Positions 12,040 through 25,439 of a stretch of 64,000 bases of DNA are shown in pieces. The first letter of the stretch is position 1; each line of letters starts with the position of its first letter. The notes beneath the pieces are model-generated. The model saw only the letters and a list, made by a program, of their open reading frames with translations. It was not told the DNA's origin and ran no database searches. The stretch spans positions 1,178,001 through 1,242,000 of the forward strand of contig OZ237735.1 in NCBI GenBank assembly GCA_965178125.1, written 5' to 3'. The position numbers were made by a program, and so were the translations under genes. Source of the stretch: Bilabrum cf. latius (Eukaryota).

Positions 12040-15000
12040 TCATAATACCGTAAAGATCAGGTCAATGATGGAAGCCACTATACTGCACAGCAAGGCTAGC
12101 ACAGTTGGACCAGCTATAGCCACCCTCTATTCGAGCAAGAGCCTCTAGTCAGTGAAGCCCAAGTCACGGATTTCATTGGACAGCATGCATGCACCAACCG
12201 TACATCCACTAAGGCTGCATTGGAAAGCCCAGACCAAACACGTCAACAAATGAACATCCTCAAATACCCTTAGCAGTGACCCGTGCTTGTACACCAGCCG
12301 AGCAGCCTGATGGCGAACACTATCGTTGTTGCTGACTGCATAGACTCCTGCTGCCCTGGCAGCGTCACTGGCAGCTGCTTCGGAAGTGATGGAACCTTCA
12401 TCGGATGCTGGACTCCCAGCTGACTACGCAGACCTGTCAATTAGGGGCACAGCCGACTCACGCATCCTCCCTAGGCTGGACACAGCGAGCAGTCGCGCCT
12501 CCCACTGGACAAGCGAGGCAACCTGCATCAGCACCCAGCCAACTGTTGGCAGCGATTCTCTGAGAGCGTCTCGTGAGAGGGCGCTCTTTTGACGATCAAT
12601 GCCAAGGGTACTTTTCTCACCACCTAGCTCAGACTGGGTGCAGCACCAGCGAATAAGTACGCGGTTCTCGCGGCGAGGGTCGAAGGATTGGTCATTGCTC
12701 GCACCTGATCTCTACTAAGACTGTTCGTCGTCACTCCTGCTTGCCTCGGCTAGCACGGGAGCTGATAGTCTTTGCACATCGCCATCTCGCCAAAAACCAC
12801 GAGCATCTGCTGTGTTCGAGGGTGGTGTTTGCAGCATACCCGCTAGGTTCACTCTCGGCATATGCGAGGATTTTGTCGATGCCGGTCTAGACGTTGCTCG
12901 CCTCGGGGCGATCGCATCCCACGCGTTCGGGGTATCGGCAGCTTCAACGAGGTCATCTTGGCGCTTTATGGTCTGGTTGCCAAGCTTATACGGTGGCCTA
13001 AAGTCTACTTCTATATCAGTTGTGTCCCACTGCTCTTTTGACCTAAGGCGTCGATTCAAAGGTTGACCTTGGTGATGGCCTCCATCATCTACGGTGGCCA
13101 AATACGGTGCCACCGAGCCAACATGGTGGTCGATTCCCCTTTCGCATCCTCTTTGCATGCTAAGTATCCCCAGAATACTCAGCACTAGCAACAGCCTCCA
13201 CGAAATGAGGAGAATCTGTCCGACAAGCAGTCCAATCGCAGGGTATGACAGAGCGGCCGAGTACAGCTGTCCAACACACACGTAGACCAGCACTGTGCGA
13301 GAAATCCAAACCGCGGATCTTGTTCGCAGCCCTGCGGTACGTGTGTTCAGCGCGCACGAGCATCGCTCGGCAGGCTAGCGTATGCTCCTCCCGTCACACA
13401 CACAAGCAACAAGTGCGCTCACAACGACAACAAGTACGAAGCAGCCGGTGGCGATAGCACCGACTTGGACAGCGTGAAACTAAAACCAACCGCCTGCCAT
13501 ACATGCCGAAGATCGCTGAACTCCTAGTGCATGCAAGCACGGAAGCTGCACATCAAGATCTACGGTGGTGGGATCCACGTATGGGAGCCAGGTGCCAACG
13601 CCAGCTTGTGCCCGGGCACCTGAGAGCGCCGCAGCCAGCCTCTACCCAACAGCGCCCCCTGTCATGCTTGCCTGTGCCATGATCAGACGGCTTAAATTCG
13701 ACGCTAGGACAATTTCAGCTGGGGGTATTGTTAACCTCACGTGCAACCGCATCGACAGTACCGGCACTTGAAGCAGTGCACCCTTTGGCGGTTGACGAGG
13801 TGCGGGCGTCTCCACCCGAACAAGCTCAATGCTCCAAGCCCTACTGCTATCAGCCCACAGCTCCCCTACAGTATCTCGTATGTCATCCCTGACGTCAGCG
13901 ACGAACCACTCGCGTTGTGCTCTGGAAGGACTCGGGTAGTCTAGGCCAGGCGCCTGCCCGCGCCGCAGTGTGCTTGGGGCCAGAGACTAGGCCTGGGGAG
14001 CAGAGTTCCGATCCACCTCGATGACGAATGAAACCACCGCGCGGGAATTCTTGCTACGCTAGGCCCACCTGGTCTTGTATGCACCTTGCAGGCGAATCGA
14101 TGGTGGTTCGTCAGCTGCACAAGACATGCGCGGGGCTAGCAACCGAGTGCCATTTGGACCCTCCGACACCATGTAGAGCACATCCTTCTTATTTGGTGCT
14201 ATAGTATGCACAGTACCTAAAGATGGCACTTGTTCTAAGCGCTGGTTGCCGTACACAGCTGCTTGTGGAAGGAGAGCCGGGAAACCTAGCCACACAGAGT
14301 ACCACTGCCTGACGATCGAAGCAGCAAGAGACCAACCGGCTGACGGACTTCCGACCATGTCCTCGACCTGATTGTCAATTGGTAGGCGCTACGGATCATC
14401 ACATACAGCATTGCAGGCCACCCTACCACGGTATGCACCGTACGGTGAAGATCGATGGCACACCCATGAGCCACCTGCAATCGCCGGTAAGGACTCCTTG
14501 GGGTCCGGCGGATACACCCGGCCAAACACAGGACCACGATACTGCAAGTATGGTCCTATTACAACGCCACGAGTCGCCCAAGTCATGTTTCCTGTGCTAC
14601 TCTCCTTGCTGCGTCCGGCCGGCTGCTGCACCGAGCTGTCAACATGGTTCCTCTTGGACTGGCTTGCCGAAACCGAGACTGTGTCAGCGACTAGGTGTGG
14701 GCGCGTGTTCGTCTGATTCCATCTCCCACGATCCGCACGCTTAATGGCATTGTCAATGGCGTATGGCAGAGAAAAGCCTCCTATGGCAAAGCCAGCACCA
14801 TTCTGCGCTGCTGGCATGTCGATGGGAACCCCACTACTCTAAAATAGCGAGAAGTCGATGTCGTACGAGACAGCACAGCCTAATCTGGCAGTCGGAAACA
14901 GGCCAACGACTGCTTCTGAATTCGCATACTCTGTCAAATCTCGCTGGAACGGCGAATCGCCAGGTCCACCAACGCTTGACCAATTGGACAGCCGCGGCAA

Positions 15001-16626
15001 GCAGCTCTGGATGCCCACACAGCTCGCATCGGACAGCAGAACGGGTCTGGCACCCGTCAACTTCAAGCCCGGTACCGTTCCTACCGGCAGCATGCACGTT
15101 GAAGATAGCTGCGGCCCCGCGGCGTCAGGTGCTCCGTCCAGTTTGGTCAGGTCACCAAGCGTAGACGGAGGCACGTCCTGCAGCAAGCTCACCACTGGGC
15201 CTCTGTTCACGCGCCAGGGGTACTACGACCACTTTGGCGAGGCATGACCGGACCTGGGAGGGTCACTATCTGCACGGCCCTGCCTCCCATCGAATGGCAC
15301 AACTGCCACCGTGCCGGGCGGAAACACGGTTGCGTAGAACTGCTGCCAGACAGCCGAAGGGGCAGCTGCCGAAATGCCGCTTGGCCGGCGAATCAAGCGC
15401 ACCGAGGAGCGAGTGCACCCTCCTACGAGTCGAATGGTAGCAATGGTGCCTCTGTACACCCCATTAGGCATGTCTGAGACACGTACAGGAGGCACCCGAT
15501 CGATACTCACGTTGGCAAGGGTCGGGGGCGGGCGTGCCGGACAGCGGCTGGAATTCTGGACAGAATCTCGCTCCATCCTCTCAGGTGGCAGAATACTTTT
15601 TCCATTCAGAGTGTTCCACACCGTAGACTGCATGCACAGGTCGGCAGGGTCCACCGGAATCTCCACTGGGCTACACGCCTCGCTGTACATCCGCCTCGGG
15701 CAGTCGACCACCTAGTAGTAGAAACAGTAAGCGTCAGAGTCTTGAGCACGGCTGTAGCTTGACATGATGCGCATTGAACTTCCCAGTTGCTGCAGATTGA
15801 ATCCCTATCCGCTTCGAACGGCGGCCGCGGGTGCGTACACGTCCAGTCCAGAGAAACCATCAGAACCTGAGTACAGCTGGAAAATGTTGCCAACCAGGGA
15901 TGTCTACCTCGGGTTCGGCAGCGCTACATACCAAATCTCAACAGTCCAGGGTTCGGCTGCCCGCTCCGGCAGGGACATTGGCAGCGCTTCCCCAAAGCTC
16001 ACGGCCCCAAGCGAGGGAGGCGGAAGCTGCGCTGAAGCAGCTCCTGGAGCCCTGAATTGTGTACCAACGGACAGCGGCTCGGTCGGAGAAATAAGCGGGT
16101 ATCCGCCAGTTTTGTTAAGATACACATGAGGACCAGAACTTGGGCCAGATGGCCATTGCCAGCGGAATGGAGGCAGTGGTGCATTCTCAGAACCCGAGCC
16201 GCTCCACGGATGCCTAGTCAGATCGCACCCGTGATCGTTTAGTGAGTGATTCCCCGGCACATACTTTGCCTAAGAACTACCAAGAATTCTGTTCTATCGA
16301 ATGGAGGAGTTGCGAATCCCAAGCGATGTTGCGGGCGGTGACAGAAACCAACTGTCTGCGGGTGGGATCGACTTGCACGTGATCAAAGACACTTTGGTAA
16401 AAAAGCTGTCCAGCGGACGAATTAGTACTGATATATTCTTTTGCTGCTTACTGTTGCATTTCGTTATCGCTCCTGGTATTCCGTAGGGAACTGCGAGCTG
16501 AGGTTTTGCGGCCCAAGCTCCCGCAACCACAGAATTCGATATTGGAGAATGCTTTTGGTAGGATCCAACGGCCACACGAGCAAGAATGTAATATAGTGAT
16601 AACGTAAAGGCCTTCGAGTGCTTCAT
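12040..16626 (-). CDS. Large secreted/multi-pass membrane protein of unknown function, ~1530 aa
   Basis: Seven track ORFs (12715-13293, 14059-14358, 14389-14817, 14839-15210, 15223-15711, 15904-16260, 16294-16635) share one frame. The large gaps I checked contain only TAG, and the frame ends at TGA 12040. It has a signal-peptide-like start (MKHSKAFTLSLYYILARVAVG) and several hydrophobic segments near the C-terminus. Confidence 0.75.
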
Positions 16627-16801
16627 TTCATTCACGATGGAGCAATGTTAGCGATGCAAAAATTGTGTCGATTCCGGGTTCCTACACCGGCAGGCCAGGC
16701 TCGCCAACGCTGGTCGCAAGGAGGCAGCAGAGAACACGTCGCTACCCTGAACCAGGCTGGACGAGCAATACAGTTTGCTCCTGTGCCGCCATTGTCGCCA
16801 C

Positions 16802-18596
16802 TCAAGATATGATGGCAATGGGAGCTGGGCGCTTGAAGGTGACGTCCTCGAGCGTGAGGCTGCGTCTCGCCTCCTCACCCGCGCGAGTGGCAGCGTCCTG
16901 GAGCGCCTCGTCCGCCTGCCCGATCCTCGCGGCGATGAGGTCCTGCTCCTTCTTCGTCAGCGCCTTGGACCTGGATGCCTTGGGGTTTGATTCCAGCGCG
17001 AACGACTGCATCTCCATGAAGTACATGGCGTATGTGCTGCCCTTGACGTTGACAGAGAACTGCAGCCACTGGAGGAGGGTGGACTCCATGGCGTTCATGG
17101 CCTTGAGGTCAACCTTGGTGATGTGAGACACCTCAGGGCACACTGTCTTGTACACTGCATCGCAACAGAAACGGCAAAAGGACAGGGCAGCTGGAGTGTG
17201 GGCGCTGGGCGCTTCGGGGATACAGGGCGCGAGCTGTGTGGGACCGCCGGCGAGCGAGCAGCAGAGAAATGGGGACTCACCGGTGACGAAGTCAGCGTTG
17301 GCGAGGGCGCGGTCGTCCCACGTTTTCTGCGTCGTGATGACTAGCGATGTACGATAACAAATTCGAATTGGCTCCTCTTGACGGGGACGGGAAGGGAAGG
17401 GGGCGCGTGCGTTTCGCTGTCAGAGGCATCGGCGGCGGCAAGGGGCAGGAAGCAGTGCCAGTTAGGGCCTCTGGCAGATCCGTCGCGGCACAGACAACCA
17501 TAAAGAGCTTACCTGGGCCAGCATGATGCAAGCCAGCTTCATGAGACGCCACGTGCTGCCAGTGATGGGCATACCTGCGGGATCCATCCATGGGTTGTCG
17601 TTGATGGTCAACCAACGCATTCTATCCGCACTAAAGTGAGCACACAGCTATGGGTACAAGCTCAAATGCACACACCAACAACAGTCGGGCTTTGCAAAGC
17701 TCACCGGTGGCTCCGAGAAACCTGTTGAGCAGGACTTGACCGAGCACGATGCACTCCGCAGAGTACTTGGCCATCGAAAACACCTTGTCCAGAAACTTGT
17801 AGATCGTTTCGATGGTGGGTACAGGTTCACGTTTGAATGAACGATCGGTCAGGAATGCCCTCTGCGGTGGAAGGCGGTAAGCAAAGCACTGGCGCGATTT
17901 CACCTGCAAGCTGTAGAGCTCCGACTTGCTGCATGAGCCAAAGCGGGCCATAATCTCCGAATGGTCTCTTACCTCATGGAACTGTAGAAACGTTGGCTTC
18001 ATCTGCGATAAATCTTAGCAACTCTGCCCGATGGCAACACGGTGATCGTGACAACGCAGAAACCAGCGTCAAGAATGTGCAACCTGGCCAGGGTGCTGTG
18101 CAGCTCTCACATCGTCAGCAACCAGCTTTCCACCGTCGTAATCCTCAGCGATGGCGGCAAAGATCAAATGCGATGCTCCAAGAGTAAGTGCCGAGCAATC
18201 AGGAACCGTTACCGTTCCTCCCGAGTACTTCAGCGTGCTGCAAGAGTGAGAATTTTGCGACAAGACAGTCTGTAGCCTCAATACTTCCCAACTGAACAGA
18301 GCAGCGCCCACGATTACATGCATCACAATAATCGGCCAATGGTCTCACCTTGTTGTCGCAGCTTTAGTGCTCTTAAGTCTCCTCAGTTCGCGAATTTCAG
18401 TCGGAGCCTCGCTGTCGTCAGAGCCGCCAGACGGGCCAGCAGCACCTGTTGAAGGCAGCTCTCCACCACTAGAGCTGTATCCAAGAGCACTACTACCAGC
18501 ACCACCACTTGCTGCACTCGACTTTGCAGCGCTTGAAGGATCGCTCGAAAGGTCGCTCGAAGGGTAGGACGGGTCTGCTGGCGCTGCACCGGCCAT
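16802..18596 (-). CDS. CCNY: Cyclin Y-like protein (multi-exon)
   Basis: Segments SHSCSTL..TVTVPD, PTIETIYKFLDKVFSMAKYSAECIVLGQVLLNRF, QKTWDDRALANADF and MNAMESTLLQWLQFSVNVKGSTYAMYF match cyclin Y blocks as I recall them. They are separated by GT(GAG) introns. TGA stop at 16802. Exon boundaries are not all resolved. Confidence 0.85.
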
Positions 18597-18843
18597 GTTG
18601 AGATGCTTCAAAGTCAAGCGGCAAGACGAAGAATACACAAACTTATTTTGTCGACGTGACGGCGTGCAGCAGTAGGAATTCGGTTGTGGGTGGATTGTGC
18701 GTTTTTCCCACTTGCGTCGCGAGGTTCCGCAGAATGCGCGGTTCATGCTTGCCGGTCGCAAACCATATCGCAGAGATCGCAGATCGCAAATCCTTCCAGC
18801 CATGATTCCAGCAGCTGCGGGAATGAAAATGCCGCATGATTCC

Positions 18844-21800
18844 TCAAGTCATGTTTGTCTTAGCCCTGCTTCGTAGACCGCGCCTGCCCACTCCTCCCTT
18901 CGAGTACAAGCTTATGCGCCCAGGCGGCTTGCTGGCGCCCGCCCTGGTGCTTGACGACACGGCCGCAGACCGGAGCTTCCGAGCAATAGTGGCACCCGAA
19001 CCATCATCGGCAGCACTTGAATCGTCTCCCGAGATGATTCCACTCGACGAGACCTTCCCCTGGCCCTGGCCCTTGCCCTTCCCCTGGCCCTTGCCCTAGG
19101 TCGCAGCTTCCCCCTAGCTGCTCTCCTGGCTCCTGCCCCTGGTCGCCCTGAGCTTTGCGTCTGCGGGCTACTCCGCCAACGAATCGGCTCTCGTCCGGGA
19201 GGATTTAGTCTGCCGAGCGGCAGCTCTGCCCCCAGCGCTCGCCTCGCCACTGCCAGCACGCATGCCAGTCTCTTGCTTGCCTCTGTCCATCCGCTGGATG
19301 TGGCCCAGGGCCGACTTGAGGGAAGGGGGCAGCACCCCCTTGGTGTCCTCTCTCTCAAGCATCGCGACGATCCTGACCTTGCTCAGCTCCAGGGTGGTGA
19401 CCCGGCTGGAGGCGTCCTCGAGCTCCTCCTTGGCCCTCTGCAGCTCGTCGTGCAGCGCACTGCACTGCCGCGCACTCTCGCTCAACCGGAGCACCGCCTG
19501 CTGTTTGTCCTCTTGCTCCTTGTCCAGCTTCCGCTGCATCTCCCTGAGGCTGGCCTGGTAGCCCATCGCGCTCTCTGCCCCGCCGCCAGCCGACCCGGTC
19601 CCGCTGGCCGTCTCAAAGTCCCCCAGCAGCGCGTCTTGGTCCTTGCCAGTTGTGGCCCCAGCACTATGCGCAGCCCGGAGCGCCGGCCCAGCTGTTCCCC
19701 GGCGCAGTCGCCTGGCGCCACCCGCGCCCTCCTCCTCTGGGCTGCTGCCTCCCGTTGCGGATGCTTGGCCGTGCATGGGGGCACCACCGGCGCCGTCACC
19801 CGCCGACTCTCCCGGCCCTCCCGCAGCCGCTCTCGCCTGGGCATCGTCCAGTTTCTTCCTGAGGTCCTTGATCAGGCCCGTCTGGGACTCGACTAGCTGC
19901 TGCAGCTGCGACTCGGCCGCGCCATCCGCGTGCCTGGCCTGCCTCGACCTGCGGGCCTCGCTCTCCATCGAGTGCAGCCGCCGCTCCGCCTTCTGGGCCT
20001 TGGCGTCCGCGCGGTGGAGCTCCTCCTCCGTGGCATGTGCCTGCCGGCGCATAGCCTCTGCCTCCTCCTTGGCCTCCTTCAGGTCAGCCTGCAACTCGGC
20101 GACGCGCCCCGCCTCCACCTCCAGCTGAGCCTCCAGCGCCCGCCGCTGCGCCTGCTCCTCCTCAAGCTACCCCTGCAGCCGCGCGTGCCTCTCCGTCGCC
20201 TCTGCATCGGACACCGAGTGCGCCTCCTTGTAGGCCCCCAGCTCACGCTGCATACCTGCGATCTGCTCCCGGGCTCGAGACTGCTCGGCCTGCAGCGCCT
20301 CCGCAGCGCGAGCCGCTTCGTCTCGCGCCCGTGCCTGCTCGGCTTCCAGCGCTGCACCCGCCTCCTCCTTGGCTTCACGCAGCTCTTTGTCGTGCTGATC
20401 TTTGGTCGCTTGCATGGCCTGGGCATGCGTGCTTTCGAGCCCGTCCACCTGCCTCGCGTGGCCTTGCGCGGCTTCCTCGGCAGCTGCAGAGGCGGCCTGC
20501 ATTGCTTCCTCGTGCTCCTGGTGGGCTTGCTTGGCCTCTTCCTGGGCGGTGGCGAGAGCCTCTCGAGTCAGTTCTCCCTCCCGGAGCGCTTTCTCGAGGG
20601 AGGTCTGCAGCTCAGAGCACGTCACTTGGGCCTGGGAGGCTCTCCCCTTCCAGTCCTGCAGCTCGGCGCCCAGTCGCTCGCATTCTGCCCTGCTTGCCCT
20701 CAGCTCCTCCCTGGCCGACTCGAGGTCCTTGCGGCTCGCTTCCAGGCTGCGCTCCAGGCCGTCGCCGCGGGCAGACGCTGCCTGGTACTTGCCTTCGAAT
20801 GCCGCCTTCATGCGCCTGCTCTCGTCCAGCATGTTCTCCAATTTTCGTACCCTTTCCGGCGCCTCAGCGTCCCTCATCTCCTTCAGCTCCCTGTTCTCCT
20901 CCTCAAGCAGTCGGATGCGGGCGCGCACCTCGGGGTTAAACTCGGTCACACCGTCACCCAGCCCTCCCCCTTCCTGGTTCTCCCCGCCGGTCTCATCCTG
21001 TTCCCCGCCCTCCATGCCTCCAAGCCCACCTGCGTCCGCCAGCCCCAGCCCGCCCATGGAAGAGCAGTCGGCCGCTGCGTGCTCCCCGCGGAGAGCCTCT
21101 ACCGCCTGCTTGTATTCAGTCACCTGCTCCATGGCCTCCCTCAGCCTCGCCTCCGTCTCGGAGGCCTTCACCTCGCTGGCACACCTGGCCTCGCGAGCCT
21201 CTTCCAGCTGCGTCTTGAGCGGGTCTACCTGTTTGCTGAGCCGCTCCAGCTCTAGGGACTGGGAGAGCAGCTCTTCGTTCCGCTCTTCCAGCTGTCGGAT
21301 CTGCTCCCTGTGACCCGCGGCTGCCTTGAGCTTCTGCCTCAGCCGCTCCACCGCGGCCTCTGCCTGTGCCTTGGCGGCTGCCGCGGGCCTCAGGACATCC
21401 ACCTGGTCCCGGAGGGCAGACACCTCGTCTGCTTCCTTTTGTAGCTCCTGCACCTTGTTCTCTAGCTCCTCGATGCGCTTGTTGGCCTTGGAGAGCTCAG
21501 CTGCCTGCCTGCTTCTCTCTGCGTCCTGCTGCCTGCGCCGGGCCGCGTCGTCCGCCTGGGCCTCAGCGTCTGCGGCTGCAGCGGCCGCTGGGCCGGCCGA
21601 GCTTCCTGATTTCACACCTGGCCCTGGCGAGGATGTTGGGCTCCGAAACGCTGGGCTCGGTGATGAAAGTGATGATGATTGCGTGCGGCGGCTCGGTGAC
21701 AGGAGCGCAGCTGCTGGCGATGACTAGAGGGACGGCGACGACGCCGACGGTGATCGTGGCGGGCCAGTGCCCCCGGCGACCGACTGCTTATCTTTCGCGC

Positions 21801-22539
21801 CGACTGCTGCGTTACCTTCCTCTTCAGCATCTTCTTCCTCGCCCTCGTCCTCTTCTTCCTCATCCTCTTCCATTTCCTGAATGATCTCCATCAGGTGCCG
21901 CTGAACTGCAGCAGGCAGCTCCATGATGCCTTGCACGTACTCATCGCGGCTGTCGCTCCGCATTGCAGCCCCAAGGGCTGCTGCACACAAAGCTGAAAAT
22001 TCCTCCAGCTTGCCCTGGCGAATTGCTTCCGGATCTACCTCCAATGGTTCGCCCTGCGTCGAGCTCGATTTGGTCAGAGTGGGGAAGCCTCACGGTTGCG
22101 GTTGATATGCGCATGCATTGGATAGCACAGCTGCGCTGCAATTACTTACCAGCAAGTTACCAAAGCATTCAAGTGCGTGTTCTACGTCGTCTGAGACAGA
22201 CGCACTCGGCTCAAACTCAGGGTGCCTGCGATACGACGATTCAAGAGCAGCTGGTTGTACAAAAACGTGAGGTGCAAGTTCCGTATAGCAGCAGCCAGAA
22301 CACCAAGCTCCTCTTACAGGTCCTCGGCGATGCATACGAGGACACCGCAGTCCAAAAATGTGTCAAGGCTCTCGTTGTCAGTATCGGCAAACTTGCAAAG
22401 CCATGCAGCGAGTGCGGCCTGCCGCTCATCTACTCCGGCCATACTACACTAAGATTAAATTATGTATATTCTAGCAGTACCGCGAATCAGTCTCCACACC
22501 TAGCGACTGCCTGGTACAAGTTTCCGACCCGTTGACCAT
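18844..22539 (-). CDS. Hook/CCDC88-family coiled-coil protein
   Basis: Hook N-terminal-domain-like block (DPEAIRQGKLEEFSALCAAALGAAMRSDSRDEYVQGIMELPAAVQRHLMEIIQE) and EVSALRDQVDVLR, followed by a long coiled coil. ORFs 21724-22044, 20167-21615 and 19168-20118 are in one frame, joined through TAG, to TGA at 18844. The 5' exons and start are uncertain. Confidence 0.75.
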
Positions 22540-22678
22540 GTTGCGAGCAGTTTCGAGCCATATCTGGTTATTCGACGGAAGGAAAAGCTGGAAGCTGCAA
22601 CTTCGACACATACTCGACCAGTCGTTCTGATAAAGGCAGGCTAGGGCCGCTCTTTGAATTACTAAGTCAATTAATACG

Positions 22679-23707
22679 ATGGAGTCTCAGCCAAAGTCAG
22701 CCCAGAGAGCCCCACCACCAACGCTACAGGAGGCACTCGATCATTTGAAATCAGGACTGAGCGACGCGTGAGCGGAGGGTTTGTTTCTTGCTTGCCATGC
22801 AGAGGTGCATTCTTTGCAAGTCAATCGTTTCCTACTACGTGATTCTTGACGCAGGTCACGGGCTGTGATGCACTTCAAGCGAGCTCTTCCCAAACTTATC
22901 CGGAAAGAGGTGCAATCCCAGGTTGAGGCCCAGCTCAAGCGTGAGCTGAAGAAGTAGCTGCAGTCTGCAGTTGCATCTTCTGTTGCTGACGCAGTCAAGG
23001 CTGGCGAACCTGCCAAGAAACGCCGCAAGGTTGACAAGTCGGATCCAGACTACATCAAGAGGCCCCAGAGCTCATTTTTCCGGTTCATGGGGGAGCACAG
23101 GGAAAAGGTGAAAGAAAAGATGCCCGATGCTGGCAACTAGGAGATAGTCTAGGCCATCAGCGATCTGTGGAACAATTTGGACGATGACAAGAAGAAGCCT
23201 TATGTCGAGGCTGCCGAGAAAGACATGGCCGAGTACAGGGAGGCCAAGGCCGCGCAGCAGAGCGCCACCGAGAGCAAGAGCGCGGCGTCGTCTGACCACG
23301 AAGATGGCAGCGCCAAGATGACAGACACTGGCGATGCTTCGGACGCGACCGGGGTCGAAAGCAATGACGACAACTCCGAGAGCGATGAGAGCGATGACGA
23401 CGAAAGCGATGACGACGACAGCGATGGCGATGAGAGCGATGACGACGACAGCAGCTCTCGCCAGACGCCACTTGCGAGCAAGGCCAAGCCCAAGAGCCGC
23501 AAGTCTGGCTCCAAGTCCAAGTCCAAGGCATTGTCCTCGTCCTCCTCCGCCTCGAGCAGCAGCAGCAGTGGCGCGGCTTCTCCCCCTCCAGCCCCAGCCC
23601 AGAGCTCCCATGACAGCCCCTCGTTGGGGTCCAAGCGGAAGAGAGACGAGGCCAGCCCCAAGAAGAGCAGCAAGAAGAAGCACAAGAAGCACAAGAAGCA
23701 CCACTGA
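22679..23707 (+). CDS. HMG-box protein with acidic and Lys/Ser-rich tail
   Basis: ATG 22679, intron 22768-22854. HMG box DPDYIKRPQSSFFRFMGEHREKVKEKMPDAGN*EIV*AISDLWNNLDDDKKKPYVEAAEKDMAEY contains two TAG (23138, 23150). TGA stop at 23705. Confidence 0.88.
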
Positions 23708-24054
23708 AGGGACGGACGGGTGCAAGGGACGAGAGGATCTTGAATAAGCTGCCACCATGCAGGTGCCCAGCTGCAGGGTGGGAGGGTGTGACCGATCCAA
23801 TCCGATTTGGAATACACACCATACATTCGCATTGAATAGGCAGTCATCATATCGAAGCAATCCAGGTGGCACCGTCCCCATACCCCCATACCAGTCACCT
23901 GCCACCCACACACACACCCAAACCTCCGACCTCGACCCTCGCCATCAGTGCATCTGGCTCGGGAATGCATGCGCGATGGCTGGGCGCGCGGGTGGATTGG
24001 GCTGAACCTGCGCCAAACCGCATCGACCCTCCCGAATAAAATAACCCCCGCTAT

Positions 24055-25181
24055 TCAGACGTTCTTCTTGAAGCCCCCACTGGCAGAGGCAGCGGCGTCG
24101 TCATCGAGGCTCGCCTCCCTGTCGAAGGCCTGCGCCCTGTCGTGCTCGCCCACCTCACTCTCAGCGCCAGCGGCACCTCCCAGCTGCCCGCCGATCTCCT
24201 CTGCCATGTTGCGAGCCGTGTCGAGGCCCTTGCCGACGGTCGTGTCGATCTCCACCTCGTACTTGCGCAGCAGGCCGCGCAAGAAATGGTTGTACACAAA
24301 CTCGGCTCCCTGCGCGGATTGCATGTGCGCAGCACTTAAATAGACAAGCATAACATAACCGACCACTCCTTGAGCAGTGGATGAGCTGGGCGAACATCAA
24401 GCCAGGAAGCCAACGTGGCAGGCATTTGCTTGGCTGGCCAAAGACCACGGCCTGACGCACGCGACCGATCGCATCACGCGCTGGAACAATGTAATTCGCC
24501 GCAACTTACCTTAAACTGGGGCACTTGCAGCGCGATAACGAACAGAAGCTTCAGCGTGTAGTAGAATGGCACCCTGCGAGCCCACAGAAGAAAATCGAGA
24601 ATGGAACCACGAACTGAATACAAACGAAATGCGCGCGACGATAGGCGTGCTGATTGAGTCCAGCATCAAGTTCTTACCATGTAAGAATGAACCCAACGAA
24701 ATTCTCGATGAGCTCAAGAAACCCGAAAACTACCCAGTACGCGAGCCTGCGAATCAGAGGAGCGACAGAGGCAAGCACGAGGCGACTACCTTCAGGGACC
24801 AATTCGGACGGAATGCATGCGGTAAATGCGATCAATTTGGCAGCAATACTCGAAGAGAGTGGTCTCTCACCACTGCCTATCGTCAGCTGCATCGCGGCTT
24901 TCGATTGCCTTGAACGATTGGTATGCCGGTACAGCGAAGCCAATCAGTGTCGTGAGGAACTTCATGCCAAACCCGAAGAAAACGAACATGAGGCTAAGCA
25001 CCATTGCGCCCAATGCAAGATAGACGCGCTTTACGCCAGTCGCCTCGTGTGCCTTGTCTGCCAGCGACACACCGTCCAGGCGCTTGTCCCAATCTTCAAG
25101 CTTCGCGTTAACCTGCTCTAAAGTTTCTTGGGTAAAAAGCTGCATGATCATGTCTTGCATACCCTGCTTAACTTCGGACAT
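24055..25181 (-). CDS. REEP/DP1/Yop1/HVA22 family ER-shaping protein (multi-exon)
   Basis: LIGFAVPAYQSFKAIESRDAADDRQW | LAYWVVFGFLELIENFVGFILTW | GAEFVYNHFLR are the characteristic TB2/DP1 blocks. TGA stop at 24055. Confidence 0.88.
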
Positions 25182-25439
25182 CCTGACTTTTTCCGCGGAT
25201 CGTTGTGGCCATTCTCGGAATCCGTTCGAAATGTAAGGTGTTATTTTTCCAGGGTTAAAATCGCCCCGTACCCGCGCCGCGACGCCCAAGCAGTACTAAC
25301 CCGAACCTGACAACACGGGGTGTTGTAATCTTTCGCGTAATATCTGCATCCTGGTCGCCAGTCGTTGACATCTTGGCTTTACTTGATGGTGGCTGAAGTT
25401 TGAGTTGCAAGCTGCTGCAGTTGCAGTTTGCACTGGACC

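Noticed and set aside
19262-21884. Long plus-strand ORFs such as 19930-21255, and similarly 54830-56407
   Set aside because: They are antisense shadows of GC-rich coding sequence with no domain signal.
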